Source: Octopus sinensis (lineage: Eukaryota). Taken from it: a stretch of 64,000 nt of DNA. How positions within the stretch are numbered: position 1 is the first letter of the stretch; each line of letters starts with the position of its first letter. Shown piece by piece: positions 49,376 to 63,491 of this stretch. The notes under the pieces are model-generated. The model ran no database searches and had not been told where the DNA came from. It was given only the letters and a program-made list of their open reading frames with translations. The position numbers and the translations under genes are program-made. The stretch is from positions 92,814,001-92,878,000 of the forward strand of contig NC_043006.1 of assembly GCF_006345805.1 (NCBI RefSeq), written 5' to 3'.

Positions 49376-50122
49376 ATAGACGATTCTAAGACGCACACCA
49401 AGTCCACCACATCAGGTTAAGTACAGAAAAGTGCGTTGCCTTATATAAGCATTTCTGTCTGTTTAGTCAGAATTTAATTAACACGTTTCTCAGCGAAAAA
49501 GTAAAATTATTACTTTCTAATCTAATTTCGCCTCTTTGAAGTTTCACAAATATTTAGCAGGAAAAGAAGCTGACATTGTAAAAAGAAAATAAAGTAAAAC
49601 GACTCCAGTGACGTCGTCAGGTACGAACAATATTTTATCTCACTTATCTTTATAAACAAATATAAACAGTTTAGAAAATTCGAAAGGGAATATGTTTCTA
49701 TTATCGCGAAGACGAATTTTTTAATGAACATTAATTTCTATGATATTAATGCCAGGAAACATCAGGAACGAGGAAAAAAAAAAACGCTTAAAACAAAGAA
49801 ATGCTTCCATGTATTAGCTTAACCGATTAAGTATTTTCGCTAATGTACAAGTTTAGTATTAATTTATATGAAAGTATAGCTGAAGTTTAACATTTTTCAG
49901 GTTTCATGCTAAGTTGCAGTACACTTGTATAGATTTTGAATACACACACACACAAACACATAAATATGCACAACACATACACGCATATATTTACGAATTT
50001 TTATACACTTACATACATACATGCAAACATATATGTGTGTGTGCATGGGTAAAGGCACTCACACAAACACGTTTATGCAACTGTGTGTATGTAGATAGAA
50101 AGAAATACAGACAGAGATAGAG

Positions 50123-50162
<40 letters not shown>

Positions 50163-50461
50163 AGAAACAAAAAGTATGAAAAGAGAGAAAGAAAGTTAAT
50201 GTTGGCTTATGATCGAAAGCATCTCGATTATGCACTGAAATATTTAAAATAATCTCTGTTTAAAAAAAAGTCTTTAATATTTACTTTTTTCTTTTCGGTT
50301 CACTTTTTAAAAAAAAAACTTCCCTCGTTTATGAATAAACGTATATTCTCTTCAGTGATGCATACAGACAAACATCCGACGCATACACAACACTGTACGT
50401 ACGCATACACTTACACACACATATAAACACACATACATGTATACATATCATGCATATATGA

Positions 50462-50510
<49 letters not shown>

Positions 50511-50602
50511 ATATATATATACATATGTATATAGCATATATCACACACACACACCATATATATATATACATACGTACATATGCATGTAAATATGTAGATA
50601 TA

Positions 50603-50640
<38 letters not shown>

Positions 50641-51884
50641 TGCAACTAAAAAGAGAAAGTTAGAGAAAATTTATTTAGCTGAAGTAAATATTAACTTGTT
50701 CTCAGTCACACACCTTAAAATAATGTGTGGGTATATTATAAGTGTACGCGCACACACACATACACTCGCGCGCACACACAAACACATATAAATATAAAGC
50801 TGATTGTGTACTAACACATCCTAAATAAACTCATTTACATTGAATTCGCTGTTATTTTTGTTTATTTCAATTAGTTTGTTTATTTTTATTTACTGTGTTT
50901 TATACTGAAAATAAAATAGTTAAAGCATTATTTATAGCAGTATTTTTTTTAGTTCATTGAGGTTAAACACCCATTAAATCTCTTTACTGTGAGGTGTCCT
51001 CTCGTCTGTCTGCGCATGTACATGTGTGTGTGTGTTTGTGTGTGTGTGTGTATGTTTCTCTGTGTGCATGCATGTGTGTGTATGATAACGGTAAGTTAAG
51101 ACTGATATACAAATATCTCACACGCTCGAGCACGCAGAAACACGTACAGAATAGATAGGTGAAGGGAAATTAAGGTGAGTTGATATTTATTCCATTCGTT
51201 TACAGCTGTTTCGTAATTTTGGTTATATATTAGATATTACATCAACATAAACATCAAAATAAAATAAGCGTAAACAAACGAAGTTTGAAGAATAATCCTC
51301 AGAATGAACGATGGTAGTTTAAAGCCTCAACATATATATGAATCTATGTATATTGACAGACGATAGATGCGTGCGAACATACAAAAACACATGCACAGAC
51401 GCACACAAACACACGCATGCACACAAACACACTCACGCACGCATACACACACATGCACGCACGCAAACACACACACACACAAACACAAGACATATAGGAG
51501 AATCAACAGAGTAACAACTGCGAAGATTTTTGTGGGTTAGTAATTATCAACGCTTGATAATCGCTAACGCTTGACCCTGGAGCCATTTTGTTGCTTTTAT
51601 GTATGTATAGATATGTGTGTGTATGTACATTTGTATATGCATATATATTTATATATATATACATGTATATATATATACATATATGTGTATGTACATATGT
51701 ACGTACACACACACACACACACATATATACGGCAACAAATGGGGGGGGGATCCAGACGTAGTATGCATCAAATGGTAGACATTATATTACGTCTATCTTT
51801 GTATTTTAAACAATTATGAGAATATATATACACATGTGTAAAGATTGTGTTTTACATACATAAGTACCAGTATGTATATATATA

Positions 51885-51936
<52 letters not shown>

Positions 51937-51959
51937 TATTCAATATTAAATAAATTTAA

Positions 51960-52135
51960 GGCGATGAATTAGCAGAATCGGTAACACCTTGGGCAATATT
52001 CTTTGTGGAATTTCGGTCATCTTTTCGTTCTGAGTTCAAACTCCGACGAGGTCCACTTTACCTTTCATCCCTTCGGAATTGATAAAGAACGTACCAGTTA
52101 AACACTGGAGGCGATGCAAACAACATACTCCACTC
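51960..52135 (+). mobile_element. Meta-like SINE
   Basis: GTTCTGAGTTCAAACTCCGACGAGGTCCACTTTACCTTTCATCCCTTCGGAATTGATAAAGAACGTACCAG. Confidence 0.7.
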
Positions 52136-52399
52136 CAGAGATTGATGGCCCTGTACCAAAATTTGAAACCAGTATTAGATAAATTTAAATATGTGTTAGA
52201 AATTCTAAAGTTTTCGATGTTTATGATATCTAAATATATATATATGCATCGCAGTGGTAGATTTTGCAATCCATTATAGTTTATATATTTATATGCACTA
52301 ACATAAAATCCAGCATCAGACACACGCGCGTGCACACACATATGTAAATAAAGATATAAGCGCGAATACAGATAAGAATTAATCCAACGAACAGACACC

Positions 52400-52745
52400 T
52401 AAAAATTTTGTAAATAGCATTTTTCGCATTTCTTTGCGGCACAAATTTTGTCAGTTTTCACACCAAAATATCACAAACACCTCAACCAACACCATTCCTT
52501 TGCATAATATTTTTCATACGCTCAATGTCTCTGATATAAACATAGCGTATAATATAACGGTGTGTACCGTTGTTGATTTTTTTTCCTCTGTCTTCCCTTC
52601 TCTGGATCTTTCCTTCTCCTATGTTTCCGACGAAGAGATCTGCTCGAAACTTTAAACCCTCCTTCTTTCCTTCTTTCCTGAGCGTCCAATAATACTATAT
52701 TTGTTCCACGTCCTCGCATTGTTGTTTTTTGTGCTTTCTTGTTTG
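52400..52745 (+). mobile_element. pLTR-like relic with degenerate hammerhead at 52623-52657
   Basis: GTTT-CCGACGA-a-GAG-atctg-CTC-GAAA-C-TTT-AAAC. Stems I and II pair; U4 and the cleavage triplet are mutated. Confidence 0.5.
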
Positions 52746-52749
52746 CATT

Positions 52750-52827
52750 AACTATATATATATATATTATATATATATATATATATGCATATGTGTATGT
52801 GTGTGTGTGAACATGTATGTGTGTGCA

Positions 52828-52890
<63 letters not shown>

Positions 52891-53120
52891 GTACGTGTAT
52901 ATATATATATATATGTATATAGATATATGTATATGCATACATACAAAAATATATACATATGTATATTTATACATATATGCATGCATATATAAATATATGC
53001 ATACATACATGCATGTATATATATACACATATATATATGCATGCATATATAAATATATACATATATATATATATAAGTATCCATACATACATGCACACAC
53101 ACACATATATATATATAGAT
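52750..53120. repeat. Large compound (TA)/(TG)/(TACA) microsatellite field, representative of about 20 such tracts
   Basis: Similar tracts near 12375, 28175, 29510, 30515, 33533, 33945, 36605, 40495, 41285, 41640, 50460, 51870, 53285, 60865 and 63030. Confidence 0.95.
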
Positions 53121-53283
53121 ATGATATCAGAGCATTAAATTATGTCTTAAATTTCTTTTGTAACCGTCTACTTATAAATCGAATATCTAATTCTATGCTT
53201 TAAAAGCAGGATCATATATTAAAGTATATGTGCCTAGAGCAATTAAGAAATATAAGTGAGAAGAGCAGTAGTGTGTCTATCAT

Positions 53284-53345
<62 letters not shown>

Positions 53346-55814
53346 TGTGTGTGTGTAAGCTAGTAAACCGTTGACAGTACAATGATTTTTAGATTGAAAG
53401 AACGCTTATCAACATTGGTTGTATCCTTATATTCTCTTAGATCTTAGATAAGCTGAATTGCCTGTCATAGAAGGGATGTTTGCTCGATAAAATTTAAAGT
53501 ACATTTGACACGGGGAATTCAGCAGAAACGTATAATTTTGCTTGATTGCATTTAGGAAAACATGCAATGCTTTTTGTTTCCAGAAACTGTCTAAGCATAT
53601 ATAGATATTATTTAGTAAGCCATTCTTCTAAGTCGTATCATTTATGTCTAAAGAGTGTACGAAACTATAAATTTCAGGTGCTGTTGTACTAATTTTATTT
53701 TCCCCAATCCATATACACAGTAAAATAGAAAAAAGGGCATTTGAATGGTTACCCTTACTAGAATTACTCTCTTCTTTTATTTTCATTTTTGTAAAGAAAT
53801 TCAATTAGAATTTTGAAACTTCAGATATATAGCAGCTACAAGAATCGGAATATAAAGATATATTAAAATACAAAAATAGAAAATAACAATTCTTACAAAA
53901 TACCGATTCAATCTTATATACATATACACACGCATATAACTCTGTCTAAAAGCATACCTATACATACAGTCGCACACTCACACACACATATATGTATATA
54001 CACGTGTGTGTGTTTATATATACGTATACTAGTAGTTTGTTGCATATGCATTGTATATCAGGCAGGAAATAATGCGATTATATTTCCAAGATGTTTCAAA
54101 CATTTCGTTGTGAGTAACCATGCCTTGGAGCCTTCCAAAACCTGCTACTCTTTATCGTAACATTGTTCAGCATTAATATGCTGAGAATATTCTTTAACTG
54201 CATGTAGAGCCATAATCTTTTCCCCAGAACATGAGTTTCAAAGTAATTAATTATTCTGCCATACGAATGTATTCAACAGAATTTTGAAATTTTACCATGG
54301 AATAAGAATGCAAAATTAAGACACAAAGAATGTTAGTTTATGGAACAGAATCCCCCCAATTGTCAGTCATCATGTTAGAAGCATAAGAGAAATCGCCCTT
54401 AATTCATGACTTACAGTCTTAAATACGTAATTATGCACGAAATTATTCTTAAGTGACCCTAAAATACCCGAGTTGTTCGTGATTGAAATATCTCTGTTCA
54501 GGACTTTGTTAACTCACGGTTGGCCTAGGGTTAAATAACATCTCTTTCAGTTGGCAATACGACACTATTTTAAATTATCCATAAGCGACCATGTTAAATG
54601 AAACGATAGATGTTGTTTTCCGTGTTTAAGCGCTCCTTAGTTATTTTCTTTAAATTCCATTTGCAAATTACTGAAATTGTACATTGAATTGTTCCCCTGG
54701 AAATGGTAAATTGAAACTATATTCTAAGAGTCATATCGTTTTCTCCTAAACAGAACACGAAATTGTCTTGATATTACATTATACCGAACAAATAACCCTT
54801 CCCAACTGAAGTGCAATATTTGTCGATATTGAATAACGAAGGCCATTTTTTTCGTCTGTTGTGAACGTTGTTATAATTTAAGTTACCACGAAAAATTCTA
54901 ATATATTTTAGATGGTAATAAATTTGAATTCTGGCAAAATATATGTAACTATAGCAACTGTTTTCTATCATTGGAAAAGTAAATTTGTGTTTAATCACAA
55001 GAGACATGTCTCCTGTATTATTTTTTAAAAAATAATTATGGTAAAACTGGTAGAAATAAATTCTCTGGAGCATTAAGAAAGAGAAAAATTACTTACAAAT
55101 GTACAGTATCAGATCATATTTGTACGCAGAATATGTTACTAGCTTGTAAACAATTACACAGAAATACAAGAGAAAGCTATACATGCATACATTATATATG
55201 CGTTGCTAAATATATATATGTACTTCTAAACTACTGCCTATACAATACACAAATAAATTTAACTATATATATATACATGAATGTATGTATATATGTGCGT
55301 GTGCGCGAGTGTGTGTATGTGTATGTGTATGTGTCTGTGTGTGTAAACACTCTGTATTTGTAAAAACTCTTCAGATATATAAAATATCTGTTCAAGAGAA
55401 TGTAGAATGTTGCAGTAGTAGAAGTGGAAAGCGTAAACCTGCTTGCAGCCAATTCATTGAGTGCTAAACCCTGTCGGCACTAAACAGACCTCGTTAAGAG
55501 TGCACAGATATTGCAAACCATCTGTGAAACTAATTCAATTACTTTATATCTGCGAAGTATTTATAAAATATATCAACGTTCCAAACTCCATTAATATGAA
55601 ATTAAAAGCTATTCTTTTTTTCTTTTAAGTAAGAAACACTCCGAGATAGAATTTTTTTAAAAATGCAAAATCTAGGTGGAAAATTCAGTTGTCGTCGAAA
55701 CAAAATTGCCAGTCAAGTTATTGTACACACTTTTCAGTCTGCTATCTTTGGAAAAATCTACATTGGTTTCCAAGTTTGGTACAAGGCCAACACCTTCTGG
55801 AAAAGGACTAAATG

Positions 55815-55960
55815 GTTTATGTCAGCCTGTGTACTCAACTTGTACTTATATTATCGACCCTGAATGCATGAAATACAAAGTTTATCTCGGTGGCATTTGA
55901 ACACAGAACGTAAAAAATGAACGAAATGCCGCTTGCTAACGATTATGCCAGCACGCCACC
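55815..55960 (-). mobile_element. Meta-like SINE relic
   Basis: The reverse complement aligns to 51960-52135 and 4495-4640. Confidence 0.6.
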
Positions 55961-57114
55961 TTACTGCATGTATAGTTATTAAATATCTCAATATTCTGAT
56001 ATCCTCTATCATGTAGCATTATTCTTTCCTTAAAGATAGTGTATCAACATGACCTCCTATGACTGTGACTATAATGTGGTACACTTGTAATATTTTATTA
56101 GCAAAATAGGAGTGAAAGCAAAGTAGCCCTGTGTGTGATTTGAACGTACAGCGGAAACATTCACAAGTAAATAACACGAAGTAGCTTGTACAATGTTCTA
56201 AATTAATTTAGTAATTCACTCGCTCTAGTTTACAAAACTTTATTATAGACATACTCATGTATCTTTATTCATGTAATCTCTAACTTGGTTCCTTATGAAA
56301 TGCCCTTACCATAATCGTTCTCTGTCACCATAGTGTACGAAAAGTTACGAGTAATATCCGTACTACAACAGTTTATGTAATAGAGCTTTGTATTTAATGG
56401 AAAGAAATCACTATCGTGTCTTATCTCTTTTATTATCTTTCTCCCTCAATATAATTTCTAATCGTTGCCTCGCGTAGCCATTCATATCTTCTCTCTAAAG
56501 TAATGATATATGAACATTCCTAAGGTACGAAGCCAATAATTTTAGAAGGAAGACAATTCGAACTAAGAACGTAAATTGTTGGGAAATATGTCATATTTTG
56601 CCCCACCAGCCAACCATTCAGCCTACATGCAGCCCTGAAGTCTCAAGTAACTTCAAGTATTTGGATTTATGTGTACCAATAGGCTGGGTACCATTTGTAT
56701 ATGCAGAAACAGTTTATGAAACTTTTTGTCATGTACAAGCTTCATATCATGTTTGAGCATTTGGAAACCACTCTTGGTTTGATACGACACAGAAGTGAAG
56801 AATTGAGTAACACTGCACAAAACAAAGACAAACAAGCAAGTATTTACAGCAACACAAAACAGAGACATGTACCACATTACTTTACAACCACACACAAACG
56901 CACGCACGCACACACACACACACACACACACACATAGAAGCAAACATATAAACAAATAGCTAGACAGGTACATAGATAGATAAATGAATATATAGTTAGA
57001 TATGCATATACACGCAAGCGCAGTCCCCCTTGCATACAAGGCACGTACATATGGAAACAGACATACGCAAGATTAAATATAGGTATATATGTGAATATCC
57101 GTGTAGATATATAG

Positions 57115-57175
57115 ATATCATCATCATTGTTCGACCGTGGTCGAGACAATGGAATTTACCATGCTACGCCATCAT
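57115..57175 (-). mobile_element. Short LINE-like 3' tail (hairpin plus (GAT)n)
   Basis: Hairpin ATTGT-TCGACC-gt-GGTCGA-g-ACAAT next to (TCA)n; resembles RTE 3' tails. Confidence 0.35.
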
Positions 57176-57279
57176 GGCATTATAGATATAGAAGGTACGA
57201 GAACAATTGAAATGAAGCAAAAAAGCAGATGAATTTGAATAAAAGTTTGAGTATGATCTCCACAAGCCGTCTTCTAAGA

Positions 57280-58365
57280 ATATTCAATGAATCCGCCTGT
57301 GGCGCCGAGGCTGGTTTTAATGGGGAACTGCAATCATAGACATGCTTGGAATAAATGTTCCTTATTCATTTCACACGTCATATGGATAATGACGGCCTTT
57401 GGTGTAGCTATAGCATTGTGAAAATATCGGTTAGTCTTCTTTTTAGCAAAGATCCAAACATAACATCCACAGGGATTTACGTACATCTGACTAGTTGGAG
57501 TTCCGCAATTGTGTTGTTGTATAATCATAAAGATTGTCTTAGATCCCGTCTCGGTTTATGTGATTTTGTGAGAAGTTGGTGCGTCTTATTGAAAAACTAC
57601 ATGGCCTTCCACTGCATCCAAAGTTTAACAAATATTTCCCGAACCTCTGTACATCCAGTGACATTAACTCTAAGACCGCGTGGAAAGATGCGAGATGGTG
57701 TGACATGACCGTCGTTACCATTTCTAAAACAATTGCAGTTGCTGGAACTTAAATTTGCATGGAATCATGCGTATGTCTGTTTCCATGCTTACATGCTTTG
57801 TATACCAGGGGGACTGCGCTCGCGTGTATATTCATTTATCTATTCTGGGGACACATGAAGATCTACATATGAATACGTAGTTGTTCGTGTTAGACGTTTG
57901 ATCTTGATTAAAGTTTACCTCATCAGAGAAGAACCAAAGCACGTGATGCCCTCGTGATGTTTTGATCTTTCTAAGATCAACTTCGCATGCTTCAAATCGT
58001 TTTCTACTGTCCTTGTGGACAAATTAGGTCACACTGCAGCACATATGACTTATATTGAACGTCCTTCTGCACTGCTTCTCTGATTGTCCACATCGACTCT
58101 TGACGTATCTTGGCGATAATCTCAGTTGATTTTCGGAGGCCATCATCGATAATGTTTTGAACCTAATGAATGAGTTGCCGTGTCTTTATAGTGTACATAC
58201 ACGTTTTTGTAGAAGACCCCAGCTTTTTGTAGAAGACCCCAGCTTGGTCCTCCAACCACGACGTGACTTCTCTCCCTGATACCGTTAAATATTCCGCTAA
58301 ATTGCTAAAACGCTTGTTCCACATATATAGCAATAAGGACGTATCTCTTCTTGTGTACGGGGCAT
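57280..58365 (-). pseudogene. Degenerate Tc1/mariner-superfamily transposase, probably maT (DD37D) type
   Basis: Minus strand WFFSDEVNFNQDQTSNTNN, KFPATAIVL..NDGHV..IFPRGLRVN, FQ*DAP, NPCGCYVW (NPLDYxVW homologue), and C-terminal AC..GGFIE*. No TIRs found. Confidence 0.75.
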
Positions 58366-58489
58366 CTGGGAGAAACATCAAACGTCTAATTGTTTCGAAA
58401 AGTGTAATATGCTCATAAATACTTAAATACTTCTTGCAGCCTTTGGCAAGAAAAGTACACATACACACACACGCGCACATATACATACA

Positions 58490-58532
<43 letters not shown>

Positions 58533-59193
58533 GGATGTGTATATATATATATATATATCCATTGAATTGAATTATATATATATATTTATATATATATACA
58601 TGTATATACATATATATATACGGTAAAATACTTAGTAAAAACATTTCCTAGTCTTTATTACTGTTTCATCCGCGTATATATGTGATGTTTCTTTTGTGGA
58701 TAGTCTATAACAGTTACTTATGACATCAATTGTTATTACTATTTGTTGTTGCAAGCAATAGAACCACGACAACATTACCTGTGTAAATATTAGAATATAT
58801 TCATTTGCTTATTTACCTAATTTCAAAACAATTATACCTCCATTTTATAAGGTGTAATAGTCATTGAAGTGGTGTTATATTTTCGCATTGACGTAAATTG
58901 ATGATTCCTTGTATATAAACTTCTAGAAGTGATGTTTGTTTTGATAAAGCAACATTCAGTAACTCACATATCTTGTACTTACAAATAAATTAAACTCAAA
59001 TATTCTTACGGGAATAACGTTAAATTTCTTCTTGTCCAAACCAATAGGTACCAAGTTGACTACATATATCGGTGTCGTAATATACCAATGCTTACAAACG
59101 TTTACGGAAGGTAAACATTACTATATCAGATATTGCACATGTAAGCCATGGTGGTACGTATATTTGCCATATATTTAAATCACTATGAATGCT

Positions 59194-59596
59194 CTTTGTG
59201 GTCGTAACCGTGTATTTTCTGGGTTCGATCCTTCCACATAGCGTCTGCCAAATCGGATCATTCAACCCAGAAACAGGCCGAAAAATCGATTTAGCCCAAG
59301 CCCGTTGTATACACACACACACACAAACATATATATATATATATATATATGTATACATGAGAAATTACAATAACTACAAGACGTAATCATTTGTTGCTAC
59401 GTAGACTTCTCCAGAGTGGACGTTTGGAAATCAGCAATTGACGTCCCAAGTGCAGATGTGGAAGCAGAATAGATGAAGATCATTAGCGTAAAGCTCTAAA
59501 CTTAGCAGCTGCAATCCTACATCTGTACGAACACACATGATAGACTTCATATATATAATGATACATGAGAAAATCTTGTAGTTATCGTAATTTCTC

Positions 59597-59648
<52 letters not shown>

Positions 59649-59960
59649 TTGTGTGTGTGTGTGTGTGTAAAACGAGCTTGGACAACATCGAGACTTTACT
59701 CGATTGTTCGGCCTATTTCTGGATTGAATGATGCGATTTGGCAGACGCTGTATGGAAGGATCGAACCCAGAAAATACACGGTTACGATCACAAAGATTTT
59801 GGCCAAATGTAAGCCCTACACCAACGGCAGCAGAAGGTGCGGCCTATGCGACATGGAAAGATAGCTTATCTGGAAAAGCAGCTTAGACCCTACTACATGT
59901 CTAAACTCAAGGACACAACTTTTCGGATCATGCCCACATGTGACAAAATTTTTGTTACGT
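59194..59960. mobile_element. Penelope endonuclease C-terminal fragments in inverted arrangement
   Basis: Plus strand IWQTL..KILAKCKPYTNGSRRCGLCDME. 59194-59380 is the reverse complement of 59574-59795. Confidence 0.75.
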
Positions 59961-60886
59961 TTTTGGTCCCCCCAAGAATACAGATAGAACTTGCTTTCTA
60001 TATTATTTCCAAAGAAGTTTTTTTATCTCATTATACCTTTTATTTTTCCATATATTTTTATATTTTTACACATAATAATTGTTTCTGTACTCTCTTCCAT
60101 CTTGCATTTTTTTCCTGTGCCTATATAGACATGTATATAGATTCATTTGTACGCGTGTGTGAGTATGTATGAGTGGGCGGGTATGTATGTATATAGATGT
60201 GTGCGTGTGCGCGGTCATAAGAATACATATAGACGTTTTTACTCAGTATTTTTACAATTTTTTCGTTATTTTGGGGGCGTATGTATAATCCTTTTTTTTG
60301 TGTATGCGTGTGTGTGTATGCGTATATAAACATGTGCGGGTATGTACATATATAGGCATGTGTGTGCGTGCATAAGGGCATGTCCGTATATGAACGTGGT
60401 TATACGCTTTGTATCCTTCCTTATGTTTTTTTTCTGCTTTGTTGCTTTTTTTCTGTATTATTACCTTTAACCATTTTTGTCTTGTGCTTCTGCGTATATA
60501 GACGTATGTATGAACTTTTACGGTGCGCACGTGTGTGTATGAGTTTGTACATATATGCGTATACATTTGGCGAAAAATGCGAGTGAAGTGGCGTATACGT
60601 GCGCATGTGTGTGCGTATGAGTAGGTATGCTTACGTGTTTACTATGAACTTTTAACCTTATTTTAATTAGCGGTCATTGGATCAGCGCTTTTATATAAGT
60701 AGCGGAATTATAACACAGTAATTTCCCATTGTATAATGGTCTTTTTTCATAGCGTTTTACAGATGGCCAGATAACTGAAGAGATGGTGTTGTGGATTTCC
60801 ACCTCGGCATTTGAAACTCAGAGTTTTATTTTGGCTATTGAATAATTGTCACATATTATTTTACAGATATATATATATATATATAT

Positions 60887-60917
<31 letters not shown>

Positions 60918-60994
60918 CATACATGTATATATATATATATATGCATATATATTCATATATATATATACATATATACATATACACATATATATAT

Positions 60995-61034
<40 letters not shown>

Positions 61035-61042
<8 letters not shown>

Positions 61043-61260
61043 TATATATATATTCTTTTACTCTTTTACTCTTTCACTTGTTTCAGTCATTTGACTGCGG
61101 CCATGCTGGAGCACCGCCTTTAGTCGAGCCCGGGACTTATTCTTTGTAAGCCCAGTACTTATTCAATTGGTCTCTTTTGCCGAACCGCTAAGTGACGGGG
61201 ACGTAAACACACCAGCATCGGTTGTCAAGCAATGCTAGGGGGACAAACACAGACACCCAA

Positions 61261-61275
<15 letters not shown>
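61035..61275 (-). mobile_element. 3' half of main-family SINE
   Basis: Near-identical to 5693-5930. Confidence 0.9.
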
Positions 61276-61321
<46 letters not shown>

Positions 61322-61326
<5 letters not shown>

Positions 61327-61515
61327 ATTTTGTCACATATGGGCATGATCGGAAAAGTTCTGTCCTTGAGTTTAGACATGTAGTAGGGTCGAAGCTGCTT
61401 TTCCAGATAAGCCGTCTTTCCATGTCGCATAGACCGCACTTTCCGCTGCCGTTGGTGTAGGGCTTATATTTGGCCAAAATTTTTGTGGTCGTAACCGTGT
61501 ATTTTCTGGGTTCAA
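61322..61515 (-). mobile_element. Third copy of the Penelope endonuclease C-terminal fragment
   Basis: KILAKYKPYTNGSGKCGLCDMERRLIWKSSFDPTTCLNSRTELFRSCP; matches 59760-59950. Confidence 0.8.
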
Positions 61516-61527
61516 ACACACACACGC

Positions 61528-61564
<37 letters not shown>

Positions 61565-61566
<2 letters not shown>

Positions 61567-63010
61567 ACAACTCAGTAAACAACCCAGAAGAATTCTTTGC
61601 CACTTTACCTGCGGCCAAAGAGGCAAAAATTGAGTACATCAACATTGAAGATGATGATATCACACTCGCCATAGATGAGATTGACATAAACTCAGCTGCT
61701 GGACCTGATGGATTTCCAGCGATCCTTCTCAAATCGTGAAAACGAGCCCTTGTAAAACCGCTACAGTTTCTTTTTCAGAGCTTTCTTGCAAGTGGTAAGC
61801 TCCCAGTCAAATTGAAAGAGGAGGTAATATGCCCTATCCATAAGGGAGGATGCACAGCAGACGCTAAAAATTATAGGCCTATCTCTCTGACCTCACACAT
61901 CAGCAAATTCATGGAACAAATAGTCCGCAAGAAACTAATCATGTTCCTTGAAGAAAATGACTTGCTGACTGACAACCAGCATGGATTTCGACCAGGTAGG
62001 AGCTGCCTAACACAGTTACTGCAACACTATGACTGGGTGTTAAAACAGCTACTAAATGGCTCAAATGTGGATGTGATATAACTCGACTTTGGAAAAGCCT
62101 TTGATAAAGTCGACCACGGTATGATTTATCACAAACTGCGTGGTCTCGACATAGGCGGAAAACTTGGAGAGTGGCTGCACAACTTCCTAAAAGATAGAAG
62201 GCAGGCAGTTGTGACCAATGGAGCCACCTCCAAGGAAACACAAATAACAAGTGGTGTTCCACAGGTCACTGTCTTGGGGCCACTGCTGTTCATAGTGGCC
62301 CTTCCATATTACTAATTTGGTGACAAAATGCAGACGGCTAGCTGGGTGGATTCTCCGAACTTTCAGAACAAGAGAGAAGGAGACACTGATGGTCCTGTGG
62401 AAAACTTTTGTCCTCAGCCGCTTGGACTACTGCTCCCAACTATGGTCACCACACAATGTAAAACTAACAGCAGAACTCGAAGCAATTCAAAGAAGCTACA
62501 CAAAGAAGATCGTCTCAATACAACATATCTACTGGGAAAGACTGAAATTATTAGAACTCTTCTCCCTACAGTGAAGGCGGGAGAGATATGTGGTGATATA
62601 CGTCTGGAAAATCCTGGAGGGTCTTGTCCCAAACTTTGGCATTCAAAGTTACTCTAACCGCAGAACGGGGCGCCACTGCATGGTGCCAAAGATTCCAACA
62701 TCACCATCAAAATACAGGACCAGATACTGTAACAGCTTGGGTTTCAGAGGACCACAGCTCTTTAACATACTCCCTAAATGCCTGAGAGACTTGCATGGTG
62801 TGGATGTGGGTTTCTTTAAAACTAAACTGGATCGCTTCTTGTCGAGGGTCCCAGATGAACCTACCTCACGACAGGAGACACAAATGCGGGCAGCGGCATC
62901 GAACTTCCTTGCTGACCAAGTGCCACGTATCAGAGGTGGATTCACATATTAATGTAGCTCATTCAGCGGTGGTGCCCCAGCATGGCCGCAGCCCTCTGGG
63001 TGAAACATTT
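61565..63010 (+). mobile_element. 5'-truncated CR1-like LINE with internal deletion of RT motif C
   Basis: SAAGPDGF, NYRPISLTSHISKFME, NQHGFRPGRSC, DFGKAFDKVDHG, SGVPQVTVLGPLLF joined directly to CRRLAGWILRTF..SRLDYCSQLWSP. The YADD region is absent; the 3' tail follows the stop at 62952. Confidence 0.93.
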
Positions 63011-63444
63011 TTAAGGATTTGAGGATTTATACATATATATATATATACACATACACATATATACATGTATATATATGCATATATATATATACATATATAC
63101 ATGTATATATATACATGTATATATATACATGTATATATATACATGTATATATACATATATAGAATATTTGAAAAAACACCTTTTATCAATTCAATATTGA
63201 ATAATTAAATTACACCATCTAGAAAATTACATATAATAGAAAAGTTAAAATTAAAATAACAATTAAAAAGTAAAGATTAAGTAAATTACAAAAATAATAT
63301 AATGTATATAATAGGTAGAAAAATGACACGTGTTTCGCTGCTATATTTAAGAAATGATTATCACTTGCATATAAATATAGTCGCCCATCAGGTTAAAAAT
63401 ATAATAGAGCAATTAATTAATAAATATACTTTAATATATATATA

Positions 63445-63491
<47 letters not shown>

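Noticed and set aside
54774-55073. 99-aa ORF in unique AT-rich DNA
   Set aside because: No domain, biased composition and no splice support.
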